Origin: Orbicella franksi
Lineage: Eukaryota
Length of the DNA stretch: 64,000 bases
Direction of reading: 5' to 3'
NCBI GenBank assembly: GCA_964199315.1
Contig: OZ116710.1
Location: forward strand, 23,560,001 to 23,624,000
Below are positions 12,981 to 25,827 of this stretch, one piece after another (positions within the stretch are counted from its first letter, which is position 1; each line of letters begins with the position of its first letter). Position numbers and translations under genes: made by a program. The notes beneath the pieces are model-generated. The model was given only the letters and a program-made list of their open reading frames with translations. It did no database searches and was not told where the DNA came from.

Positions 12981-14022
12981 AGTGTAGAGCCCTGTTAGTA
13001 ATTTGTTTCATTCTTTTTCAGAACAAGAGCAAGACAACAAAACACAATTTTGGTATTCCATTTGTGGGAGCTATATAATTTCCTTTCTTCTGGTAACCCT
13101 CTTCATTCACCTTCACCTATCTCTTTTGTGACTAGGTGTCACACAACGCCTCACCCCTCTTTATTGCTGTATCTTATGCACAAAAAATTGTTCGGTTCCA
13201 CGACATATGGTTCTATACATGCTAACTTACAGGCAGCATCCACTACCTGTTAAGTAAACTAATATAATGCAATATCAAACAATCTAACTATCAGTGAGCA
13301 ATGGACAATAAACACGCTCGAGGTAGGAAAGAATATTTTGCAAATCCACCAAAATGCGAGCAACAGCGATGAAATGCTGCAAGAGAACAAGGAACTTTGG
13401 GAAAAAAATCAAGAACCGACCAAACAAATATCTACTTTCCATTGAGGTATGATGGATACTACACTAAGACTAAATTTATAGTTTGTAGTTCGCTCAAGTA
13501 TATACCGAAGGGCCTAGCTCACAAGTTGATCTTGTGACCATAATTTTCAGAGGAATGAAGCAGTGCTTATAAAGCCCATAACCAGATTTTACTTCTTCAT
13601 AACCATAACCTGCACAAGTAAAAACATTTTGTGATCTTACCGTGAAATAGCATGCACAACTTGGGCCTTTCAATTCAAGCTAGGGTTGTAAAACAGCGAC
13701 AGCTACTGTAGTGACCTAGTTAAACATAGATATCAAAGCTAGACTCCCTTCAACTGACCGTAAACTAAACATGAGCAACATTTTTGGTCAAAAACACGAT
13801 GAAATAACTGTAGTTTACTTGATTTAAAAACTCCCGCGTCTTCCCCATATTGAATATTTGAACACATTCGGACTAATCTCCTCAGGAGTAGGCCTACACC
13901 GACCGGAGGTGCACATACAGGAGAAATTTGGACAGCTACAGAGCTTTTTTCAGTTAAAAAGAGCGTATTCGGGATTTATACTGGGAATTTTTCCTATTTA
14001 CGTGAACACGAAAGCAAAGGTC

Positions 14023-17000
14023 ATGGACCGGTTAGTGTTTTTTTTTTTTTGGATAACTTAAATGTGATGTAGCGATTCGTTTTGTTTTGAAATTCAGCTA
14101 ATCCTTTACCTGAGGTTTCTCTTTCTTATGCTTATGACTACCTTCCTTTTTTTTAATTCCTCAGCCGAAGGAAACGTTTTAGGGCAGAAGTGAACGTGAG
14201 GTATCACCAAGAAGATGGTGTCCAAACTAACAGGTTGGAGCGGCTGAACGCTGTTGGCGAGACGAATGGTATAGGGTTTAGTGGTAATGCTGATGCCGAC
14301 GAGCCGGGCCATGAAATTGATTTAAATGCTGCAGCACCGGACATGGAACAATCAGATGAAAGTGATGGAGCAGAGACGTCCACCACCAATCACTACCAGA
14401 GGCTGCAAAGAGCAGAGAATCTTGGTCAAAGCTACGAGAGGGTGTTTTGGCAACAACATTTGAAAACCAAGCGTCTTTATTTGATGAGAGGTGCCACTTC
14501 TGTGAATCAGAAGCTGGTGTCTGTCGTTGTCTTGACTGTGGACCTTCAGTCAGCTTTTGCAAGTCTTGTGCTGTTTCAAGGCACACCAAATATAACATTT
14601 TTCATCACGTTGAAATTTTAACTGTAAGTCTTCTCTTTGGTTTATACTTTGTAGTTGTAAGTTTTGAAAAGTAGAAGTAAGCGTGATACAGTACGTTCAA
14701 ACCTTGCCCTTAATTTTACAAAGACATTTGGTTACTCTTGCCTTTTTTCTATTTGTGTTTTCTTCGTTATGTAAAAGCTTGGTCTTTTAAGGCATCTGCA
14801 GTCCACCCTGTTTTATTGACTATCAGTGAATCAGCCTCAACCCACAAATATAGGTTCACCTAATTTTGTAGTTTGTGTGTAGCTCATTGTTTGTCATTCA
14901 TGAGATTATTGGCATGTGTAAGACCCACCAAGTCAGCTTAGAGATCTTTCCAAGATATGAAGGCCAACTATTTAAAGTTGTGTTCCATAAACAAAGTGGG
15001 GTCTCCTGTTTTCGTAGGAGATCATGGCAAGCTGACGATTTTTATAAGCACATGCATTGAAATGGCTGATTTCTTTATTCAACACACCTGTTGCATTGTA
15101 GGCTGTTGATGTGTGGTGCAATCATATTAGTTTATTCAGTTGTATTACAGATTTATAGTTATGTTGAATGATCTAAATTGTATTTTTAATGTTTCAATTA
15201 AATATGTGTTTTGTTTAGGACTTAAAGATCTATGTCCCCTTAGAAATGGAGCGAATCTTGGTACTTGGCAACCATCATTGTTCTAGTACATCTACTACTG
15301 GTAGCTCTGTCCTTTTCCGTGAAGTAACTGTTGTAGACTCTCGAGGTTAGATATGTCAGCTAGCTTACTATGGTGCCGTGGAGTGTCTAATCTTATGTAG
15401 ACAGCAATTTAATGTTACGTATCAGTCTTCATAAGTACATATAATTTTTATCGTTAAGTCCCAATTTATAAAAAAAAAAAGAGAAAAGGATGTGTCTGCC
15501 ACAGGGCATACAGTAATGTTAAGATCCTGATATAGGCTTCTTCGTAATTACATTTAATTTTAATCTTTCAGCCCCAGTTGGAGAAAATGAGGATGTGTGT
15601 ACTAAAGAGCGAACAGTAATGTTAAGATTCTTCTAGAGGCAAATTGATATTAATAGTTGTAGCGGCCGGCGACTCTCGAGCGAACTAGAGGTGTCATGAG
15701 CCGGTGAAGACGACTTTTAAAGATAGGACTACTTTACGGGCTGACGAAATAAAGCACGCTGATGTGTAGGACAAATTGATTTATTTCCTTGACACCAATT
15801 GCGATAATCGTTGTTTAGCCGTAAACTGAAATTTGATTAAAAATAAAGCATAAGCTACTAAAGAAACAGTTCTTCTTGCGAGCATTGAGGTCCACGTGAT
15901 ACTTATGTACTTAACTTACACTAAACTGCGACGAAACTAGAAAACTAACCTAAACCTTATGACTGCAGGGCAGTAGAAAACAGCAAGTCTATATACGGAA
16001 TTGCAATAACTAATAAGATACGATCGATAAGAAAACTAACTGAGAATTCCGTGGAAACTAACTATTAAAAGGTAAAGACAACACTTACATATCAGTCCTA
16101 CGCTTGCCTCTAAAGGTAGACTGCTTTGGCTTCACTAGGCGGTCACTTTTAACTTCTTCAACTTAGGTGACTTGCGTTCGCGGTGAAAGCGAGGATACAA
16201 CTGACAAATCTAATAGCTACGTGCACGTACAGAAACTATAAGGCTGAATTGTTCCTTTGATTAGAACGGAACTACGTAATACTGCGGTAAGACTACAATA
16301 GATCATTGAGCGTTCATCACAATAGTAGTTGTAAATCTTGTTTGTGGGAGAGGCAATAAACAGTGAGTTGGTATATTGTTAATTTTAGGATTCTGTTCTG
16401 TAAGAACATGCCTTGCTGGTGTGTATATTCATTGACGGTGCACATTTTCTGTAGACAGTTCTTCATATGTATACCTGTATAAATTATGTAATCTATCTAT
16501 ATTTATATTTATGTAGGCTATCAAACAAAAGTGAAGGTGCAGTTTTGTAACTGTGAACCCGATTTTCTGCGGCTGTTACGTTTCAATCTTTGGGGTGCAA
16601 CACCAACAAAGCCTGAGTTGGCATTCACTCTAGATTTGATGAAGCTACTACACACCCTGAGTCTTGAGTGTCAAGTAGCTGTTAAAGACTTCTGTGCTGC
16701 CCTTGAGATCCTGACAGATGATGTTATCGTTTTTTCAGTGAGGACCACCTTTGATTCATATTCTTTCTTGTAATATTATTCTTTATTTTCTGCATCTATT
16801 TCTTTATGCTTCCATGTTTTAAGAGCAAAGTAGGCTGTTTGTGCCTTAAACAATCTTGCTTGTTTTTGAAGTACAACAGTGCTCGTTGCTTATTTCTCAC
16901 AGTATATATAATGATGATACCACATCATTTGTAGGTATTTCTGTTATATTTTTGGAACCCTCCTGTATTTTGATATATCCCACCATTAGTTTTTACCTTA

Positions 17001-20000
17001 GGAATACTTACCTCAAAACACTGCGGGTATGAAATTTAGGTTTAAGATATACTACCAACAAGTTGTGGCTTGTACATTACTTTAGATATGCATGTGTGCC
17101 TTTTCAGACAATTTTTTTCCAAGGATTGCGATGGCTGTCTGTTTACATTGTACCTATAACTGGTTTGTTTTTAGAACCAAAGAAAGCTATATCCAGTGGT
17201 CATAGACAGTCTTGAAGAATTTAGGTTTGTTCTATTTTTATGTCTCCTTACACCTTACTTATTATTGAACTACATTTGTAGTACTAGTTACTATTTATTT
17301 GTATTAAGTGTTGAGCTCTGAACAGTACAATGTTGCTGTTTTTTTGCAGGTTATATTGTCATAAACTATCCACTCTTAAGTTCACAGTTAGTGCTTGTAA
17401 TGCTGTTGAAACTATAGTGTGTCCTGCATGTCCCAAGGTATGGAGAATGGTGAGGTCAATATTGTAAGCACAGTGAATGTCTTAAGTGACAATCTGACAT
17501 CCTTTGATTGAAACAGAAGGAGATGGGAATGGCTGATATTGCCTGAGATTGTATGTTGATGACCTTTGAACACTATACCTTTAGTTCACTGTTGGGACTT
17601 CTAGTTAGCTTGGAATCCCTAGCCTGTTTGAAATTGTTTTGCTGAATGCTCATGAAGTATATCATTATGGGCCATGTTTGGAGACTTCCCTAGCTAGTTG
17701 TATAGACAATCTAGGTCTACCTAGAAAGAGATTGTTCAGTTGTCTAATCACTCTGTGTTAATTAATACACCTTTGCAGACTCAGGGTACCCTTCTTGAAT
17801 CCATGGATGCCTTATTTATTGGCCGAAAAAAGTCAGCAGGCAGAAGTGTGAGAAATCCTCTCTTTGGAACTGTTTTGTTTGATGATGACACAGAGGTGGA
17901 AGAGTTTGTTCAACAACATCCAACAACCAGTAGAGCAAATGGGGTGTGTGGAAACCTGTTTTCTCCAGCACAACTATTTGAGACATTAACTGACTGAAAC
18001 TATGTTGATACAGGGCTGTTAAAATTACATTAGAAAAATGATCTGGTAGTGGGAAAGTGCAATGAAGGGTGGGGAAAGGCAGGTATTTACCTAAGATTAT
18101 TACATTAATTGTATATTGTCTTAACTACAGCAGCGGGAATCGCCCAGCTGCATTGTGAATATCTCTTATTATTATTGCTATTAGTCAATTTAGATTGACT
18201 ATTTAAACCTTAAAAATGACAATGATATTTTTTGTTGTTTCTCCTGTACTTAGACTCACAGAATTGGATCATTTTTTGTTTCATTTAATTATAAGGTGTG
18301 TGGTGACTTTCTTGCTGGTGATGCACTACGTTCAAGATCTCGATATTCTGCCCTCAGTGAAACTGCCATATTTGGGCGGGCCTGTCGTCATGAGTTTCCC
18401 AAAAAATTTGTCAATATGAAACATGGTGAAAGGTAACATTTGTTTATGTTGTACTCCTTTACTGAATTGTCACTGTCAGAATTGCTTTGATTAATTTATT
18501 GATAATTTCTTTATTTCCTACCTTCCTTCCTTCCTTTCTTTCTTTAATTCTTTCTCTCTTTCTCTCTCTCTTGTTATGTAATTTTTGTTAAAGGATATAA
18601 CAACATCAACAACAACAACAATGTCCTCTTTATTACCCTTTTTTCATTAATTAATTAATACAGAAATATATAAAATATTGCTAAAAATTAGGGTTCTGGC
18701 AACCCGAAATAACCACTAGGTTAAAAATGCCGGGTTGCCAGTTTACAAATTGGTTAGTCAATGCTTTAATTTTGTGTCTAATTTTTAATTCTATGTTTTA
18801 ATTTTGTTTCTAATAGGCTTGCATACCCAGTTTGGATGTTGCAGAATCTGCTTGAGGAAATTGGTGATCAGTCCACAGATGTATGCATGCTTTATGATAT
18901 TGCTTGTCACCTGGAAACTCATTTACAGGTTCTGTTATCATTTTTTCATTTACTATTTTCATGAAAGGTCATGTAGATCTTATAACAAAGTCTTTTAAGC
19001 ACCAGTTAAGCAATGAAGTTTTTAATTTTGCTTTGATACAATATTACCACTGTAGGCCCAAGGACAGCATCACATCCTACAGTCTGTCAAGTTTGCCATT
19101 CCCATTTTCCATAGCTATGGACACAAAGCAAAATGCCAGGTCTGCTTAAATTATTCAGTTGACATCTGCTCATGTGTGTACCTGTGTGTTTTTGTTTGTT
19201 TGCCACACTGTATATCATGTTTTCTGTCAGAAAATTTGTCACAAAATTTCTTGGTGATTATTATTGAAATGTCCACTTATTTGAAACTAACTGTATGTCA
19301 AAAAAGTAGTATTTTAAGAAAGATGAGCATGTATGGCCACCCTGTGTTATGGGGTCAATGTTTGTGTTACTGGGATTGAACAGCATTTCTACTGTGTATT
19401 TAGTTCTGTTTTGATGAATTGTACTGATTTTCTAGATCAAATACAGTCCCAGGAGAGTTCCTGGCTTTGGTCTCACAGATGGTGAAGTCATGGAGAGACT
19501 TTGGTCCTTTTTACGGAGATTTGGAAAAATGACCAAGGAAATGAGGCCAAACCACCGGGTGGATGTTCTATCTGATGCTCTTTTCTTTTACGCCAAGAAA
19601 AGATCAGCAAGTTTAGGTTAGCTGAATGAACTTTTCATTCGTTCAATGTCAGTAGCAGCTTAATTAAGAAATTGTTGTCTAGGAAGGATTTCTTTGCATG
19701 GTTCCTGTGAACTTCTTTTTTACAAAACTATATGCCTCTTTGTTGTATGCTTTACAAGCAAATTTTCCCCCCTCTAGTCTTCTCCTTTTCCTTTTGAAAC
19801 CCTTGGATGGCAAGAAAATGCTGCAATTCTCATTTAAAGAATAGTTGTTTAAGAACCATCAGCTTTAACTAATATTTTATTTTTAAGGGAATTTTATTTT
19901 CATTCCATTTGTTTCCCCCAGGGAAACTTTTGTGTGTTCGCATGAAGAAAGCACATTTGGTAATTAAAGATGCAGAGGAAGAATTGTCAAAATTGCAGGA

Positions 20001-23000
20001 TAGCCTTACAGGTCAGATTGTTTTGCTTCCTCCTGATAATGTTGACTGCTGAATTCATCTGTGCCTGTTGCAGTTGGAGTCATGTACCTAACAGATTCAT
20101 TTCAGTCTTTTGAGAATTATGTCACTTTTCCTTTCAGAAACACCCGCACGAAACGAGCAGATCTGTTTATAGTCTGTTACAGATCTGCTGGTACATCTGT
20201 AGCAGATCTGCAGATAATCTACAGATGATCTACAGATTATCTGCAGATCATCTGCAGAATGTCTGCAGAATGTCTGCAGAATATCTGCAGAATGTCTGCA
20301 GAGCGTCTGCAGCGATGATCTGCAACAAGTCTGCAAATTTGCAGACGCTCTGCAGACGAAATCAGCCTATCATGTTAAACAAAAAGCCCACAAAATGCAC
20401 CAATCAAACAACGTTTATTTAAAAGATAGACAGGGGAGGTTGGTTTGTTATTCATCAAAAGTAAACAATTACTGTTGACAGATAAAGCAAATAATATCAC
20501 TAGCAGGAATTTAAAGTATTTTCTTAGCGTGACATTTTCCACATATTCCAAATGAATAAAAAAAACCTCGGGTAGCAACTACTCCTTTCAAAAAATCTAG
20601 GCTTCACGTAGCCTGCGAGCAACAAGGGAGCTTGCTCAGCTCGCAGGCTAGGCTTCGCGTGCTTATTTTGGTTCGCTTGGCAGGTTATTTACAGAAACGA
20701 GATCGAGTAAACTGGATACTAAGTGAGATTCATTTCCTTCTCGTCTGTGCTCGGCACCTGCTTGACATGAAGCCAGTTTAAAGGAACGAAAGAGGTAAGT
20801 CATAGAGTACATAAATAATGCACAACAGCCAACCTTCTTGTGTAAGTTGACTACATAACTAAAGTGCCACTCAGTCCTACTCCAGTTTGTTTCCAGAAAT
20901 TTTATATTTTGTACATAAATATCTATAGGAAGCAACAGATAAAAGCTCACAGGCTTCATAAAGTCACATTTATCTCTATTTTGCGCTCCAAAATTAATTT
21001 ATTCTACTTAAGAAATTGCATGGCTGGATTGCCTGTTCATTTCAAAAACTACCCATTTAAATGTTCCAAGCCTCCTGAACTGGTCTTTAAATGTTACTAT
21101 TAAGTACAGCTACGTATGTGCAATGTGCACGTAAATCTGCTCAAACAGTAAAAATCTGTAAATCGCGTCACCGTTACTCCAGACTTAGTTAATATGATTT
21201 CGGCAAGAATGCTGTGAATAAAATTGTTTCTCGATTTGCTGTTCACCTCTGATAATTACCCTGTTTTTTGAACGATCATCAGAGTTTAGTTAAACTGGAA
21301 TGTTACATTAAAAGATGTCTTAAAACAGTTGAAAAACCACCAACCTCCAGTCTTAATAATTTTCCCTGGGTAGGGAGTATTTTTACTGGTCTTCCTTCCT
21401 TTCTTTCCCTCCTCCCAGTCAACCATGGCGTCTAAGCCCTTGAGGATTTCTCCGGCATAATATACTTGCGAAGCACTTGCGACGCTATATAAATCTTCTT
21501 CCGTCCAAAGAACTATAGCAAAAGCCATCTTTTTATGTCAAAAAGCAATTTCTTACAGACTGTCTTGTTTGCGCGCAAAATTTGAATGTGACACTTTAAC
21601 TGAAAGGAATATCAGTGTCAGCAACATCTCCTACTCTTATTGGACGGTTCAAGTGTGACAGGTGTCGGGTATCAGCCAGGAGAATCTGTCATATTCGCAG
21701 CGGCCGATGAGATTTCACTTGTGGTTTTCTCTCTTTGTCGAGAACAGCAAATAAAGGTAAAGATAATTTGTACATTTATTTCATTTTCTTCATTACTGCG
21801 ATATACTTACATGTTTATACCCCCAAATTGAGGCATCACATTTCTTGTCACTAACAAACATGCCACTTAGGTCACCCGGTTATGCAAATCAGGGTCTGCG
21901 TTACTGACTCATTCTTGTAAGATAATGATGGTTTGAAACGTGATGTATTTCACCTCTGCCATTTCCGGGGCGTAGAAGACATCAAGATTTTAAGAACGTC
22001 TCCTTATGTTTTGAAGCTGTTGTAGGTATAAGAAAAATAATCATAGCACAGAGATTTAACCATCTTGTTCCACTTTTCATTATTCATTCACGTGTTGACT
22101 TCAACTTTCGTATCGTTGTTCTATCAACACTGATATGTCGATCGATGAAATGTTTTTCCCTGAGCATTTGGAACTGGGAATTTAACACCAATGTGCCCTG
22201 CAGTGTTCTTAAATTTTATTGAAAGGATGCGTTAGGCATATGTGTCTAATCCCTATATAATAAGAATAAATTAAGGTCGAAAGTGTATTTATCATTTAAT
22301 TTAAGTGTTCAATTGACGTATAACATTTGATTTACTAGCACGTTGTACGTAAGTGGCTGACCATTTATGCCTCTTATTTACGCATTTTCAATGTTCGACT
22401 ATCTTTTTATTCGTAGAATCGAACTATTTTATGCATCTCAAAACGAACCAGTCATGACTGATCCAACTAAGGTTAATATACCCAAGTGACGATACAATGA
22501 ATGGTCTATCGATCCGGTTTTTGGACTTCAACGTGTTGCAGATCATCTGCAGATGCTGCAGATATTCTGCAGATCTGTTGTTCGTCTGTTTTTGTCTGCA
22601 GTCTTAAAATCGGGAAGAGTTTTCAAGCTCAACGTCTGCAGCAGACTGAAAACAGACTCTGCAGACGATAAATTAGTCTGCAGTTGATCTGTTTTTGTCA
22701 AAACAGATCTGTTGCAGATCTACTGCAGATCTGCTCGTTTCGTACGGGCAGGCGATTTTTTTTTCTGTATTCCATTTCCTTTCCTTTTGCAATGTCCATG
22801 CAAATTAGACTTGTTTATATTATAACTACAGTATGTTCACAAGAAAATATCAACACGGTTTTATACATGTAAGCTGTCGAAAAGGTTTGAATTGCTTTAC
22901 ACTGGTACTAATATTATAAAATATTCATTTTGCAGTACCGGTTCGAAGGGAAGATGTTGCTGAATGGGCAAAGCAGGAAGCAGAATGGACAGGAGGATTA

Positions 23001-24783
23001 CATAACCCAGTTGAAGAACCCTGTTGGAGACATGGCTATGTAATCTACCTTAAAATGTTCTATGAAATCCACTCAAAATGGGAGCAAGCATCTGACCCTG
23101 ATAAACTTCAGCAACTTTATGGACAGTTGACCAAGTATGTATTTTTTGCGGGGATTTAGCCTATAATTTTTAATGCTTGTTTGCTTGCTTTTAGTAGTAA
23201 ATGCATTTTTTGGCTATATTTTGGTATGTAACATTGTTGCTGCATCATTTAATCAAAAGTGCTTTGTTAGGGTTGGGCCTCTTCAGAGTGTTTGATAGAG
23301 AAAAAGCCTATCATGCCACATACATTACGTGACTTTTTACCCTCGGGCACAGATTCTTTTTCAAATCTCCTCTATTCCTTTGTCAAAATCACTTTATACC
23401 GTGTAGCACAATTTTCAGCAGCATTGGATGAAAATAAGTGTGTATAAAATATTTTGTTGGATTTTATTAGATTAGAAGGAGTTTTGTCAGATTTGGAGCA
23501 CAGAAATGGCATTACTCAGCATTGCACTACTGCTTGTGAAGAATATCGGATGGCTCGAGATGCTGCCTATGACCGAAGCAAAAGGGTTGCTTTAGTGAAA
23601 CTGCATACAAAGGTTGTAGAACGGTGGTTCTTGTTGTGCTTGAAGGCGAAATATGCTGGCAAGTATTTTACCCAAATTTATGTATTTAAAAAGCTGGAGC
23701 GATTTGAGAGTCATGAAAACTGGTATCCGGTGTGATTGTTTGTGTGCAAGGAGATACGTGAAGTAAGAGCGGACCTGCCTCTTTTGCTAATCTCAAGAAG
23801 TTCCTGTGAAACGTATGTTAAACTCACAAACTTTAATTATCAACATGTATTTTCAGGGCCGTAATGAAAACCGCCGTTGGCGAGGGGGTTCCCTGGTTAA
23901 AAATTGCTGTTACTATTATTGTTANNNNNNNNNNNNNNNNNNNNNNNNNNNNNNNNNNNNNNNNNNNNNNNNNNNNNNNNNNNNNNNNNNNNNNNNNNNN
24001 NNNNNNNNNNNNNNNNNNNNNNNNNNNNNNNNNNNNNNNNNNNNNNNNNNNNNNNNNNNNNNNNNNNNNNNNNNNNNNNNNNNNNNNTTAATTGTGCTAC
24101 TCTGTTTACTTCTCTTAGATGGTCATGCTCTTGCCAAACGGCTCTCCAAACAAATTTCGCAAGCAACGAAGGCCATGGTAACTTCTCTCAATGAATTCAA
24201 CAGACTTGAGTGCAGCAGTGATTGGCCATTGCCTCGCTCGTTCGAGGTCGATGAAGTGAAAAATCCGGAAACAGAAGTCTGGATACGTAGCGAGTTCATG
24301 GGCTCAACATCACCAGTCCCCATTTCCGTAAAAAGAAAAGCAATTGACCTTTACAACTTGGTTGATCTTGCTAAAGAGGAAGTCACTTTACTTCAAAGTG
24401 ACATGAAAAACGTTATTGCCCACTTTACCGGAGAGCACGCGGTTTTTTCTTCATCACTGGCGAAGTCTTCCAGTATGTCCACTGAGGCTGAAGGGAGAGA
24501 TGTTTATATAAAAATGAAATTACTATCCCTAGAATCGCAACTTCTAGAGTTGAAAAATTTGTTTCTCTCGCACATTCACGAGATTGCTCTGCCAAGCTTT
24601 TTTTTTGAGCCGACAGACATCCCTTTAAAGAACAACTTTGAAACGGAAGAGGATGAACGAACTTTTCTTAGCCTTCCGGAAAGTGCTGATGGACAAGTCA
24701 GTGACAGTGACAGTGATGATGACACGGAATATGAAACTGAAGTCACTGATGATGCTGATAGTGGTTTCAACAGTTTGACCTAA
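14023..24783 (+). CDS. KDZ (Kyakuja-Dileera-Zisupton) DDE transposase with N-terminal Cys cluster, 15 exons, about 924 aa, one -1 frameshift in exon 2
   Basis: Exons: 14023-14030, 14165-14623, 15219-15345, 16517-16737, 17175-17224, 17350-17437, 17779-17943, 18296-18432, 18817-18928, 19056-19139, 19436-19616, 19922-20011, 22936-23134, 23471-23658, 24119-24783. All junctions are GT-AG (intron 14 GC-AG) and phase-compatible. The sum is 2774 nt, 1 nt short of 925 codons, with the frameshift near 14415. Motifs: CHFC..CRCLDCG..FCKSC..H...HH, CNC..GATPTKPELAF, CPACP, SMDALF, CRH..N..HGE, YDIAC, FHSYGH..CQ, GFGLTDGEVMERLWS, acidic tail. Confidence 0.9.
15658..16297. mobile_element. Probable solo LTR in KDZ intron 3
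   Basis: 640 bp bounded by TGTAG...CTACA, with a near-TSD atagt/ataga and AATAAA motifs. No internal ORF. Confidence 0.5.
20143..22748. mobile_element. 2.6-kb non-autonomous CMC/EnSpm(CACTA)-like element in KDZ intron 12
   Basis: TIR cccgcacgaaacgagcagatctg / cagatctgctcgtttcgtacggg, 2-bp TSD CA, and dense subterminal ctgcaga repeats at both ends. An internal ORF remnant lies at 21286-21528(-). Confidence 0.75.
23925..24087. other. Assembly gap (163 N) in KDZ intron 14
   Basis: Run of n. Confidence 1.
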
Positions 24784-25043
24784 TTAATACAATTTGCAAT
24801 GTTTGGATTTCTTGTACGAGGAATTTATCATGTTACAAATCTTGCGTTAAATTTATGATTCCACGATCACTGTACAATTAAAGTGCAATTCGTCCACCCT
24901 CCAAAGAAGTCTTTTTTATTGTGAAATGAACTATGCCGTTCCAGACGGTTGAGTGACATGGGAACGAATTAGTCAGAAATTAATATTCTGACGACACGTT
25001 GGAGAGATTGGCGCAGCATGATGGGTTAACCGGGAGTATTTAA

Positions 25044-25827
25044 GGGCCCATTAACCGATTTATGTGCGCGTTCGCGTGCGTTATTAAGGGGGGGAAATTT
25101 CACTTTCGGTTACTTACGTCAGCCTGAGCGCGGAAAATAAAAACAACTCAATAACTTGCAAATTCGCTTACATTTTGGATGTTTTCCTTTGTTTTTCACA
25201 AAATGCAAAGTAAAAAAAGTACAAGCAAAGACAAAATAAGAGAAAGACAGAAAAACAAGAGCAATAGAAAGAGAAAAACTAGCTCCGGTTGTTTTTGTTT
25301 GATCTTACCAAAGTGCACTAGTAATGTAAATAGCGCACGCGCTAATAGAGTAACTTCCAGTATATTTCGGGCGCACTTCCGGTTTCTTTAAATGTTAAAG
25401 GAAACGCGGTTTTTCATTAAATCCAGCCTTTTTTGACGGATTTCGATTAAAGCCAACGGTGGAAACATAGCTATGTATTCCTTTTTCGAAATCATGCTAT
25501 TTTCTGAAAATTGAGAATTTTTTAATATTTTGAAATTCTCTAAAAAATCTGACCTTTCAGAAATCAAACAAAATCTATGCATAACGATATGAGGATTTAA
25601 ATTAAAATATTAAATCAATGACAAAAAAATCCCGATAAAGTAATTTGCCTGGGAACCTTGGCGTTTTTCCAGTATTAGTCACATGACCATGGGCGTAGCC
25701 TGATGACGCCATCACTAGTGCTGCTGAGCATGAAAAACTTAACACACATAAACTAACTAAAAGTGATGAGGTTATACGAGAATAAATTTTTCTTAGCAAC
25801 GGCTCGAAAAGATCGGTTAATGAACCC
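25044..25827. mobile_element. 784-bp Kolobok-like MITE
   Basis: TIR gggcccattaaccgat / atcggttaatgaaccc, flanked by TTAA (25040-25043) and TTGA (25828-25831). GG termini after TTAA fit Kolobok. Confidence 0.6.

Larger units (their letters stand above)
9959..12994. mobile_element. hAT-type non-autonomous element (outer copy), interrupted by two insertions
   Basis: Left end cagggctcgacactaa (9959), right end ttagtgtagag[insertion]ccctg (12994). 11560-12062 is the reverse complement of 10022-10740. Confidence 0.7.

Noticed and set aside
13700-13990. Left TIR of the KDZ element
   Set aside because: Only short chance-level matches (e.g. tcccgcg) to candidate right ends, and no TSD.
23806-24118. 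N-terminal part of the 325-aa ORF and overlapping X-containing ORFs
   Set aside because: Artefact of reading through the N gap. Real coding starts at the acceptor at 24119.
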